A DNA stretch of 64,000 nucleotides, taken from assembly GCA_965228875.1 (NCBI GenBank), contig OZ245843.1, positions 974,616 through 1,038,615 on the forward strand. The letters are read 5' to 3'. Shown here one piece after another: positions 40,716 to 49,669 of the stretch; positions within the stretch are counted from its first letter, which is position 1; each line of letters opens with the position of its first letter. The DNA comes from Thalassobaculaceae bacterium (lineage in GTDB: Bacteria > Pseudomonadota > Alphaproteobacteria > Thalassobaculales > Thalassobaculaceae). A program made the position numbers and the translations under genes. The notes under the pieces are model-generated. The model was given only the letters and a program-made list of their open reading frames with translations. It did no database searches and was not told the DNA's origin.

Positions 40716-41240
40716 ATGAGCAACATGACGTCCAAGATTCCAGCCGGCGCCGATCTTCCCGTGATGTCGCTGCCGGCGGTCGGCGGTGGGGAGGTACGGC
40801 TCGGCGGCCCGCGCGACGGTTGGCAGGCGATTTTCGTCTACAGGGGTCTGCACTGCCCGATCTGCAAGACCTACCTCGGAAAGCTGGAGGCGAAGCTCGA
40901 CGAGTTCGCCGCCCTCGGGGCCGAGGTCGTGGCCGTGTCCGGCGACCCGAAGGACAAGGCCGATGCCTTCGCCTCCGAGGTCGGCCTGTCGATGCCGGTC
41001 GGATACGACATGAGCGTGGACCAGATGCGGGCGCTCGGTCTCTACATCTCCACACCGCGCAGCGATACCGAGACCGACCGTCCGTTTCCGGAGCCCGGTC
41101 TCTTCATCACCACGCCGGAGGGCAAGGTGCAGATCGTCGAGATCGCGAACGCGCCGTTCGTCCGTCCGGATCTCGATCTGGTCGTGCGCGGTCTCGCCAG
41201 GGGCAGGGACGGCTATCCGGTCCGCGGGACGATGGGCTGA
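40716..41240 (+). CDS. Peroxiredoxin-like AhpC/TSA family protein
   Basis: YRGLHCPIC (CxxC), GLYIS.PR...ETDRPF.EPGLF, PFVRPDL. Confidence 0.85.
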   Translation: MSNMTSKIPAGADLPVMSLPAVGGGEVRLGGPRDGWQAIFVYRGLHCPICKTYLGKLEAKLDEFAALGAEVVAVSGDPKDKADAFASEVGLSMPVGYDMSVDQMRALGLYISTPRSDTETDRPFPEPGLFITTPEGKVQIVEIANAPFVRPDLDLVVRGLARGRDGYPVRGTMG

Positions 41241-41270
41241 CCGTCCCGTCCCCGGGACGATGGGCTGACC
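41220..41270 (+). repeat. 23-bp direct duplication spanning the peroxiredoxin stop codon
   Basis: gtccGcgggacgatgggctgacc (41220-41242) and gtccCcgggacgatgggctgacc (41248-41270). Confidence 0.8.
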
Positions 41271-41328
41271 ACCCGGGGCCACGATCTGCGAGACGGGCGT
41301 CATCCCGTGATGGCCGTAACCGGGAGCG

Positions 41329-42063
41329 TCAGGCCGAGGCCAGACGCTCCTTCGCGCTGGTGAAATAGCGTTTCATCGCTTCCGTCAGAGCGCCGCTCGC
41401 TTCTTCCGGAGTGCTCTCGATGAACGCGACGCGGTCGCCGTCGATGCGCGTGCGGCGCAGGTAATCGATCAGATGCCCTCCGGCGCGGGCGTGCACCAGC
41501 GTGCGCTCCCAGTAGCGGTAGTCGCCGAGCCGGCTGAGCGCGTTGACGAAGGCCACGTCCTCGCCGCCGGCGCGACCGAGGAACACCGGGTCCTCGGGAA
41601 ACCCGCCCATGGCCAGGAACATCTCGCGGCGGACGACGAGACCGCTGCCGGTCACCATGTCGGACCGACGTCGGCGCCGTTCGTCGAACCGATCGGCAAG
41701 ATCCTCCGGAAGACCGTCGTAGTGCACCGCCGGGTGCAGCCCGTCGACCTGCGGCTGTGCCTCGATGAAGGTGCGCACGGCCGCGCCGAACCCTTCGGCC
41801 AGCGCGTCGTCCGCATCGAGGAAGACGAGATAGGGCTGACCGGCCAGCGCGGCTCCCCGGTTGCGGGCAAAGCCGGGGCCACGGTTGCGGCCCAGGTCGA
41901 CAAAGCGCGCACCATGCGCCTGGGCGATCCGCCGGGCGGCCTCGCGCGCCTCGGGTTCCGAACCGTCGTCGACGACGATCCATTCCTCCGCCTCGGCTTG
42001 GGGCGTCAGGGCGCGGGTCAGGGACTGCGCGTGGTTGAAGTGCGGGATCACAACGGTGAACAT
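41329..42063 (-). CDS. Glycosyltransferase family 2 protein
   Basis: TVVIP.FN, VVDDGS, ARNRG, FLDADD (DxD), GGF, GED. Confidence 0.88.
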   Translation of the reverse strand: MFTVVIPHFNHAQSLTRALTPQAEAEEWIVVDDGSEPEAREAARRIAQAHGARFVDLGRNRGPGFARNRGAALAGQPYLVFLDADDALAEGFGAAVRTFIEAQPQVDGLHPAVHYDGLPEDLADRFDERRRRRSDMVTGSGLVVRREMFLAMGGFPEDPVFLGRAGGEDVAFVNALSRLGDYRYWERTLVHARAGGHLIDYLRRTRIDGDRVAFIESTPEEASGALTEAMKRYFTSAKERLASA

Positions 42064-42184
42064 GGGCACAGCGATACCCATCGCGCCCCGCCTTTGCAAC
42101 GCCGATACGGGAACCATCCGGGACCTGTCCGGGCGACCGGATCCCGTACCCCGCCGCGACCATCAACCTGTCGGGAGAGCCGCC

Positions 42185-43612
42185 ATGGCCGCCTTCGCCG
42201 AGTACATGTCCCACGACGCCCTGTCGTTGGCCGAGCTGATCGCCAACGGCGAGGTGACGGCCGGAGAGGTTCTGGACGCCGCCATCGAGCGGGCCGACGC
42301 GATCAATCCGACCATCAACGCGATCGTGCACCGCTTCGACGGTGCGGCTCGGGGCCGGGTCGCCGCCGGCCTGCCGCAGGGACCATTGGCCGGCGTACCG
42401 TTCCTGCTCAAGGATCTGGGAGCGATGCAGGAAGGGGTCGCCATGGGCAACGGCTCGCGCCTGTGGGACGGGTTCGTCGCGCCGGTCGACTTCACCTACA
42501 CCGACCGCGCGCAGGCGGCGGGCCTGGTCGCGTTCGGGAGGACCAACACTCCGGAGATGGGGATCTCCTGGACGACCGAGCCGGTGGCCAAGGGGCCGAC
42601 CCGCAACCCCTGGAACCTGGGGCATTCGCCCGGGGGGTCCTCCGGCGGCGCCGCGGCCGCGGTCGCGGCGGGCATCGTGCCGGTAGCCCATGCCACCGAC
42701 GGCGGCGGATCGATCCGAATCCCAGCCGCCCATTGCGGCCTGTTCGGTCTGAAGCCGACGCGTGCCCGCAACCCCGCCGGCCCGTTGGTGGGCGAGGGGT
42801 GGTCGGGCCTGTCGACGGGGCACGTGGTCAGCCGCACCGTACGCGACAGCGCCGCGTTGCTGGACGCCACGCACGGTCCGGCTCCGGGCGATCCCTATGC
42901 CGCGCCGGTGCCCGCGGGGCCGTTTCTGGAGGAGGTCGGGAGGGAGCCCGGCCGGCTGCGGGTCGCCCTGCATCTGACGGCGCTGGACGGAACCCCTCTG
43001 CACGCGGAGAACCGGGCCGCGGCGGAAGCGGCGGCGAAGCTGTTCGCCGATCTCGGCCATGATGTCGAGGAGGCCATGCCCGACCTGGACACGCTGGCCC
43101 TGCGCGACGCATTCGCGGTCATCATCGCCGGCAACCTGTGGGTCGCGATTGCCGGCCGCTACAAGCAGCTCGGCAAGGAGCCGGACGGGTCGGGTCTGGA
43201 GAAGGTGACGTGGGAGTGGGCCCGCTACGGGCGCGAACGGCTGGCCTCCGACTACGCCGCCGCCGTCGGAGCGATACATGTCGCGGGACGCCAGCTCGCC
43301 GCCTTCTACGCGCGCTACGACGTGATGCTGTCGACGGTGATGCGGAACCCGCCACGTCCGCTCGGGTACCTGCGGCAGGATGAGCGCGATCTCGACGACT
43401 TCATCGCCGCGCTGTCCGACGAGATGCCGGTGACGCCGCTTGCCAACATCACCGGCACGCCCGCGATGTCGCTGCCGCTGGCCTGGAGCGCGGAGGGACT
43501 GCCGATCGGTGTTCACGTTGGCGCCGCCTTCGGGCGCGAGGACCTGCTGCTTCGGCTTGCCGCGCAGGTGGAGCAGGCCCGATCCTGGGCCGACCGGCGC
43601 CCGGAGATCTGA
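42185..43612 (+). CDS. Amidase (amidase-signature family)
   Basis: [34 protein letters not shown]. Confidence 0.93.
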   Translation: MAAFAEYMSHDALSLAELIANGEVTAGEVLDAAIERADAINPTINAIVHRFDGAARGRVAAGLPQGPLAGVPFLLKDLGAMQEGVAMGNGSRLWDGFVAPVDFTYTDRAQAAGLVAFGRTNTPEMGISWTTEPVAKGPTRNPWNLGHSPGGSSGGAAAAVAAGIVPVAHATDGGGSIRIPAAHCGLFGLKPTRARNPAGPLVGEGWSGLSTGHVVSRTVRDSAALLDATHGPAPGDPYAAPVPAGPFLEEVGREPGRLRVALHLTALDGTPLHAENRAAAEAAAKLFADLGHDVEEAMPDLDTLALRDAFAVIIAGNLWVAIAGRYKQLGKEPDGSGLEKVTWEWARYGRERLASDYAAAVGAIHVAGRQLAAFYARYDVMLSTVMRNPPRPLGYLRQDERDLDDFIAALSDEMPVTPLANITGTPAMSLPLAWSAEGLPIGVHVGAAFGREDLLLRLAAQVEQARSWADRRPEI

Positions 43613-43616
43613 GCCG

Positions 43617-45044
43617 ATGCTGTCGTTCGACGACTATGTCAGCCATGACGGCCTCGGCCTGGCGCGGCTGATCCGCGACCGGGAGGTGAGCGCGTCCGAA
43701 GTGGTCGACGCCGCGCTGGCCCGCGCCGACGCGGTGGAACCGGCGATCAACGCCATCGTCGCCCGCCGGGACGATCTCGCCCGCTCCCAGGCCGCCGGAC
43801 CGCTCGGCGACGGCCCGTTCGCCGGTGTGCCCTTCGTCTTCAAGGACCTGTTCTGCTGGCAGGAGGGGTGGCCGGCCGAGGCCGGATCGTCCCTGTGGAA
43901 GGGCTTCGTCGCGCCGGTGGATTTCACCCACACCAAGCGGGTCAAGGCGACCGGCGCGGTGCCGATCGCGCGCACCACGACCTCCGAATACGGGATCAGC
44001 ATCTCGACCGAGACGGCGGCATGCGGCGCGACCCGCAATCCCTGGAACCTGGCGTACTCCTCCGGCGGTTCGTCCGGTGGCACCGGGGCGGCGGTGGCGG
44101 CCGGTATCGTCCCGCTGGGCCATGGCAGCGACGGCGGCGGCTCGATCAGGATCCCGGCCGCGAACTGCGGTCTGTTCGGGCTCAAGCCCAGCCGCGGCCG
44201 GAATCCGTTCGGGCCGTTCGTCGGCGAGGGCTGGGCCGGTCTGGCGACCAATCATGTCCTGTCGCGCAGCGTGAGGGACAGCGCCGCCATGCTGGACGCC
44301 ACCCAGGGCCCGGAACCGGGCGATCCCTACGACTGTCCGCCGCCGCTCCGCCCGTTCCTCGACGAGGTCGGGGCGGATCCGGGGCAATTACGGATCGCGT
44401 TTCATCTCACCGGCCTCGGCGGTGTGCCGCTGGACCCGGTCAACCGCGACGCCGTGCTCGACGCGGTCCGGTTGCTTGAGGATCTGGGGCATGTCGTCGA
44501 GGAGGCGCATCCGCAGGTCGATATCAAGACGCTCGGACCGGCGATGATCGCGGTGGTCGCCGCCAATCAGAAGCTTGCCCTTGAGCAGCGTTACGAAGAC
44601 CTGGGACGGGCGCCACGGGACGGCGATGTGGAGCCGGTGACCCGTGCCTTCGCCGAGCGGGGCGGAACGATCTCCGCTGCCGACTATGCGGAAGCCTTGC
44701 TCGCGTTCCATCGGGTCGGCCGCCAGTTCGGCGCCTTCTTCGAGACCTACGACGTCCTGGTTTCGACCGTGCTCAGCCAGCCGCCGGCGCTGCTCGGCAC
44801 GATCCGCACGGACACCGGAGACGCCGAGAGCTTTCTGCAGGCCGGATGGGCGGCGATGCCCGTCACCCAGTTCTTCAATATGACCGGGTGTCCGGCGATG
44901 TCGGTGCCGCTCGCCTGGACGCCGGACGGGCTTCCGATCGGCATCCATGTCGGGGCCGCCTTCGGCCGCGAGGACACTCTGTTTCGGTTGGCGGCGCAGC
45001 TCGAGAGCGCCCGACCCTGGTTCGCCCGGAGGGCTGCATTGTGA
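43617..45044 (+). CDS. Amidase (amidase-signature family), tandem paralog
   Basis: [28 protein letters not shown]. Confidence 0.93.
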   Translation: MLSFDDYVSHDGLGLARLIRDREVSASEVVDAALARADAVEPAINAIVARRDDLARSQAAGPLGDGPFAGVPFVFKDLFCWQEGWPAEAGSSLWKGFVAPVDFTHTKRVKATGAVPIARTTTSEYGISISTETAACGATRNPWNLAYSSGGSSGGTGAAVAAGIVPLGHGSDGGGSIRIPAANCGLFGLKPSRGRNPFGPFVGEGWAGLATNHVLSRSVRDSAAMLDATQGPEPGDPYDCPPPLRPFLDEVGADPGQLRIAFHLTGLGGVPLDPVNRDAVLDAVRLLEDLGHVVEEAHPQVDIKTLGPAMIAVVAANQKLALEQRYEDLGRAPRDGDVEPVTRAFAERGGTISAADYAEALLAFHRVGRQFGAFFETYDVLVSTVLSQPPALLGTIRTDTGDAESFLQAGWAAMPVTQFFNMTGCPAMSVPLAWTPDGLPIGIHVGAAFGREDTLFRLAAQLESARPWFARRAAL

Positions 45045-46219
45045 ATGGGATCGCGACGACGGGGATGACCCCTGATCAGGAGGAACTCGTGGCCGCGGTC
45101 GGCCGGGTGGTCGACCGGTTCGACGCGGGCTACTGGCGGGACAAGGACGCGACGGCGGTCTTCCCGCATGAGTTCGCCGGCGCCATGGCGGAAGGGGGAT
45201 GGCTGGGCATTGCCATGCCGGAGGAGGTCGGCGGCGCCGGACTCGGCGTGACCGAGGCGGCGCTGATGATGGAACGGGTCGCCCGCTCGCCGGGCGCCAT
45301 GGCCGCAGCCTCGTCCATTCATATCAACATCTTCGGGCTGCATCCGGTTGTCGTCTTCGGGACGCCGGAGCAGCGCCGCCGCTTCCTGCCGCCGCTGATC
45401 GCCGGCACGGAACGGGGCTGCTTCGGTGTGACGGAACCGGATTCCGGCCTCGATACCGGTCGGCTGAAGACCCGGGCGGAACGCGAGGGCGACCACTATC
45501 GCATCACGGGGCGAAAGATCTGGACCTCGACCGCGCAGGAGGCCGACCGCGTCCTCATCATCGCCCGAACCTCGCCGATCGAAGCGGGGGCCAGGCCGAC
45601 CGATGGGCTGACCCTGTTCTACGCGCCGCTGGACCGGTCCCGGGTCGAGGCGCGGGCGATCGACAAGATGGGGCGCCACGCGGTCGACTCGAACATGCTG
45701 TTCATCGACGGCCTGGAGGTGCCGGTCTCGGACCGCATCGGCGAGGAGGGCCAGGGGTTCCGATGTCTGCTGCACGGGCTCAACCCGGAACGCATCCTGA
45801 TCGCCGCCGAGGCGGTCGGAGTGGGGCGCCAGGCGCTGGCGGCGGCGACCGACTATGCCCGAGAGCGCGAAGTGTTCGGCCGTCCGATCGGCCAGAACCA
45901 GGCCATTCAGCACCCGCTCGCCGAATGCTGGATGGCCCTAGAGGCCGCGTGGCTGATGGTGATGAAGGCGGCGGCGCTTTACGACGCCGGGGCTCAGTGC
46001 GGCGCCGAGGCCAATGCGGCGAAGTACCTGGCCGGCGAGGCGGCGTTCCGGGCGTGCGAGCGGGCCGTCATGACGCTGGGCGGCATGGGATATGCCGCGG
46101 AGTACGATGTGGAACGCTATTTCCGGGAGGTGCTGATAACCCGCATCGCCCCGGTGTCGCCGGAGCTCATCAAGTGCTTCATCGCCGAACGGGTGCTCGG
46201 CCTGCCGCGCAGCTACTGA
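45041..46219 (+). CDS. Acyl-CoA dehydrogenase family protein
   Basis: FGVTEPDSG, GRKIWTS, RE.FGRPIG.NQ.IQ, GGMGY; start at 45041 (GTG) or 45065. Confidence 0.93.
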   Translation: MNGIATTGMTPDQEELVAAVGRVVDRFDAGYWRDKDATAVFPHEFAGAMAEGGWLGIAMPEEVGGAGLGVTEAALMMERVARSPGAMAAASSIHINIFGLHPVVVFGTPEQRRRFLPPLIAGTERGCFGVTEPDSGLDTGRLKTRAEREGDHYRITGRKIWTSTAQEADRVLIIARTSPIEAGARPTDGLTLFYAPLDRSRVEARAIDKMGRHAVDSNMLFIDGLEVPVSDRIGEEGQGFRCLLHGLNPERILIAAEAVGVGRQALAAATDYAREREVFGRPIGQNQAIQHPLAECWMALEAAWLMVMKAAALYDAGAQCGAEANAAKYLAGEAAFRACERAVMTLGGMGYAAEYDVERYFREVLITRIAPVSPELIKCFIAERVLGLPRSY

Positions 46220-46228
46220 AGGTCGGCC

Positions 46229-46900
46229 TCAGCGTTTGCCGTACTTGGCGTCGAGGCCGAGCATCTGGCGCCGCAGTTCCTCGATCGGATCGGCGCCGTC
46301 GGCTTTCTTCCCCTTGCCGCCGTTCAGCACGGGGTCTTCCGGAATGCGCTGCCAGTCCCAGGCCTTCTCGTCATCCTCGGGACTCCAGTCCTCGGGGATC
46401 GACTTTATCGGCTTCGGCGCCGGGGCCTTCGCCTTGCGACCGGTGGTCGGCATTTTCGGGTTTCCGGGAATGTTGCCGAGTTGCCAGGACATGCCGGCAG
46501 GTTCGGCTTCCTCGGCCGCAGCCGCCTTGGTCCGTGGCTTCTTCGGCGGTGGGGCCGGGTTCGTCTCCGACGCGGCGGCGAAGATCGGTTTCCATTCCAG
46601 CGCGTCGTCGCCGGATGGGGGCGGAGGAGGCGGGGACGATGCCCGTCGCCGGCGTTGGGCAACGAGGGTGCGTTCCGTCTCCGCCTGTTTCTCGGCCTTG
46701 CTGCCGATCTTGATACGTTCCTCAGCCGGCAGGCTGTCGAACGTCTGTTCCGCCTTCTCGTAGTCGATACGCGACCCGGTCTCGGCCGCACGTTCCAGAC
46801 GCGCGGACAGCCGATCTCCAGGTGTTCCGGACTTGCTGGAGCGCGCCAGGATTCTGAGACTGCGACGATCGAGGTCGCTCAACGATTCTTCGTCGGGCAT
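46229..46900 (-). CDS. Hypothetical protein; N-terminal domain similar to 14454-14750, followed by a Pro/Lys-rich tail
   Basis: Host-like codons, AT-rich upstream region, internal homology to the 98-aa protein. Confidence 0.75.
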   Translation of the reverse strand: MPDEESLSDLDRRSLRILARSSKSGTPGDRLSARLERAAETGSRIDYEKAEQTFDSLPAEERIKIGSKAEKQAETERTLVAQRRRRASSPPPPPPSGDDALEWKPIFAAASETNPAPPPKKPRTKAAAAEEAEPAGMSWQLGNIPGNPKMPTTGRKAKAPAPKPIKSIPEDWSPEDDEKAWDWQRIPEDPVLNGGKGKKADGADPIEELRRQMLGLDAKYGKR

Positions 46901-47028
46901 ACGCGTCCCACCACTTCAGGTTCCGCGAAGGAACCGAACATCCCCACGAAGTAATTAGTAGCATCGAATACTGATTAAATTCAACGATTGCGGCCGGCAT
47001 TCCGGCGCGCCCCCGATCATTCGAGGCG

Positions 47029-48126
47029 TCAAAAGATGAAATTGATGTCGCTGAGACCGATGTCTTGGATTCCGATCAGTCGAACCGCATCGCTGTAGTC
47101 GTAGGTATCGCCCGCAGTGTCGGGGTCGATCTGCAGGAGCAGGTCGTCGCCATCGTCCACCAACCGCATGTAGTTGGTCGACCCGGAGACGCCCGATGCG
47201 AAGGCGCCGGAAACGTCGATGAACTCGCTGATCTCGAAGTCGCCGATCACGTCGATTTCGGCGTAGTTCTGCTGGTCGCCATCGACCACGAAGGTGTCGA
47301 GGCCGGCACCGCCATAGAGCGTGTCGGCATCGTTGATGGACGCGTCGGAACCGGCAATGGCGCCGTTCAGCGTGTCGTCGCCGAGGTTGCCGTACAGGAT
47401 GTCGTTGCCGCGGGACCCGCTGATCGTGTCGTCGTCCTGGCCGCCATAGATGATGTCGTCGCCGTAGGAACCGACCAGCGTGTCGTCGCCGAGATTGCCG
47501 TAGAGCAGGTCGGCGGACGTATCGGTGATGGACGTCCCGTCGGCGTAGATCTGATCGTCGCCCTGACCGCCGTAGATGCTGTCGGCGCCGGCGCCGCCGG
47601 AGATGATGTCGGCGCCCTTGTTGCCATAGATGACGTCGGTGCCGGCCTGTCCGAGCATGTAGTCGGTATCGTCGCCACCGGCCATCGTGTCGTTGCCGGT
47701 GCCGCCGCTCATCCGGTCGATGCCGGCGCCGCCGACGAGGGAATCCTGATCCTCGTTGCCGATCAGGGTGTCGTTGCCGGCGTTGCCGAAGATCCGGTCG
47801 TCGCCGACGCCGCCGCTGAGCAGGTCGTTGTCCTGCCCGCCGTACAGCGTGTCGATACCGTCCCCGCCATACATGAAGTCGTCGCCGTTGTTGCCGTAGA
47901 CGACATCGACGCCCTGGCTTCCGGTCAGATAGTCGTTACCCTGGCCGCCGAACAGGCTGTCTTCGCCCGCGTTGCCCTGGATCGTGTCGTTGTCGGCGTT
48001 CCCGTACAGCAGATCCGAGGAGATCAGGCCCTGAATGAAATCGTTGCCGGCGTCGCCGGAGACGGTGTCGCCTTCCGTCGTTCCGGTGATCGTGTCGGAT
48101 GCAATGGTTCCGTTAATCAGAGCCAT
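47029..48126 (-). CDS. RTX-type calcium-binding repeat protein
   Basis: More than 20 GGxGxD/GNxGDD nonapeptides; acidic C-terminus with D.I.DF; no signal peptide. Confidence 0.9.
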   Translation of the reverse strand: MALINGTIASDTITGTTEGDTVSGDAGNDFIQGLISSDLLYGNADNDTIQGNAGEDSLFGGQGNDYLTGSQGVDVVYGNNGDDFMYGGDGIDTLYGGQDNDLLSGGVGDDRIFGNAGNDTLIGNEDQDSLVGGAGIDRMSGGTGNDTMAGGDDTDYMLGQAGTDVIYGNKGADIISGGAGADSIYGGQGDDQIYADGTSITDTSADLLYGNLGDDTLVGSYGDDIIYGGQDDDTISGSRGNDILYGNLGDDTLNGAIAGSDASINDADTLYGGAGLDTFVVDGDQQNYAEIDVIGDFEISEFIDVSGAFASGVSGSTNYMRLVDDGDDLLLQIDPDTAGDTYDYSDAVRLIGIQDIGLSDINFIF

Positions 48127-48349
48127 GAGACTACACCAATTGATGTTCGGTTGGGAGGCAGAGACAGAGTCTCAGCAGGGTGGAGAGTCTGGCAATCGCT
48201 AAATTTAAGCTACATTTTCGAGAAGGCTTGGTAGCGCCTGTTTTTCCACGCGAATCCCGATCCGGCCCGGCAACGTGCAACTGTCCGGAACGCCTTGAGA
48301 ATGACACGATTTCCGGCTATCGCTTCACCTTCCGCAACGGGAGGATGCC

Positions 48350-48778
48350 ATGGGGATCACCGCTCGACTTTTTGCTGCCGCCGTCATGCTTGCGAGCCTG
48401 GCTTCCGCGACCTCCGCCTCGGCGCAAGACGCGCGAATCGGGATCGAGCTGAATAAACTGGAACCGGTCGAGACCGGATGCCGGTCCTACATCGTGGTGC
48501 GCAATCCCGCCGAACAGACCTTCACCGCCTTCAACATGGAAGTGCTGGTGTTCGATACCGACGGGGTGATCCAGAACCGGATTGCCATGGACCTGGCGCC
48601 CATCCGCCCGAACAAGACCAGCGTGCTGATCATCAGCCTGTCCGGCATCCAGTGCGACCGGATCGGCGAGGTGCTGGTCAACAGCTTCCTGGACTGCGAG
48701 CGCGGCGACGAACGGCTGGGGGACTGTCTTGCCCGGATCGACCTGTCGTCGCGGACCGACGCGCGTCTGTTCAAGTAG
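48350..48778 (+). CDS. Secreted hypothetical protein with four Cys
   Basis: Signal peptide ending ASA-Q; ELNKLE...CR, FD.DG.I, CD.I..VLVN...C. Confidence 0.8.
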   Translation: MGITARLFAAAVMLASLASATSASAQDARIGIELNKLEPVETGCRSYIVVRNPAEQTFTAFNMEVLVFDTDGVIQNRIAMDLAPIRPNKTSVLIISLSGIQCDRIGEVLVNSFLDCERGDERLGDCLARIDLSSRTDARLFK

Positions 48779-48909
48779 AACCCGGCGGTCAGCTCTCGAC
48801 GCCGGTCCCCGGCGGCGAGGCCCGGCGGCGAGGCATCGTTATAGCTTAACGCCCGCGGTTGCACGGCACCTCGGATAGGCTCACCGTCAAGGCAACCTGG
48901 AGGTGAGCA

Positions 48910-49581
48910 ATGTCCGGATGCTGCGGACAGACCGTGTCGTTCGACGGCATGTCGATTGGCTACAAGCGCGCGTTGATGGCGGTCATCGCGGTCAATGCCG
49001 TCATGTTCCTGATCGAACTCGGCGGCGGCGCGTTCGCCGGATCGATGGCGCTGACCGCCGACAGTCTGGACTTCCTCGCGGATACCCTGACCTACGCCGT
49101 GAGCCTGTGGGTGATCGGCAGGGCGGCGTCGTGGCGCGCCTGGGCGGCGTTCGGCAAGGGGCTGTCGCTGGCGGTCATGGGCGTCGGGGTACTCGCCACC
49201 ACCATCTACCAGGTCTTCGTTCTCGGCGTGCCGAATGCGGCGGTGATGAGCGGAATCGGTGTCCTCGCCATGGTGGCCAACCTGGCCAGCGTGCTGATCC
49301 TGTTCAACTGGCGCGACGGCGACGCCAACGTGCGGTCGGTCTGGCTGTGCTCGCGCAACGATGCCATCGGCAACGCCGCCGTCGTCGTCGCCGCCGGACT
49401 GGTGTGGTGGAGCGGCACCGGCTGGCCGGATGTGATTGTTGCGCTGCTGATGTCGGCGCTGTTCCTGCGCTCTGCCTATCAGATCCTCGACCAGTCGGTC
49501 GCCGAGTTAAGGGCGGCGCGCAAAGCCGGACCGCCGCCGGTCCGCCCCGTCCATCTCGCGGCGCGCGAGGCGGGGGAGTAA
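48910..49581 (+). CDS. Cation diffusion facilitator family transporter (short form)
   Basis: MSGCC, N..MF.IE, ADSLDFLAD, RSVWLCSRNDAIGN, WPD. Confidence 0.87.
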   Translation: MSGCCGQTVSFDGMSIGYKRALMAVIAVNAVMFLIELGGGAFAGSMALTADSLDFLADTLTYAVSLWVIGRAASWRAWAAFGKGLSLAVMGVGVLATTIYQVFVLGVPNAAVMSGIGVLAMVANLASVLILFNWRDGDANVRSVWLCSRNDAIGNAAVVVAAGLVWWSGTGWPDVIVALLMSALFLRSAYQILDQSVAELRAARKAGPPPVRPVHLAAREAGE

Positions 49582-49669
49582 AGGTGGACCAAGGCGACCG
49601 GGCCGGCGGTTCCTCCACCCTCCAACACCGGCTAGGGTGAGAGCAGCGCCAACACCGGCAGGGCCGCCC

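Noticed and set aside
47029..48126. Periodic DNA repeats resembling a CRISPR or tandem array
   Set aside because: Explained by RTX nonapeptide coding repeats; no constant repeat-spacer structure and no cas genes
48808..48834. Tandem CCCGGCGGCGAGGC duplication
   Set aside because: Short, low-complexity GC sequence with no supporting context
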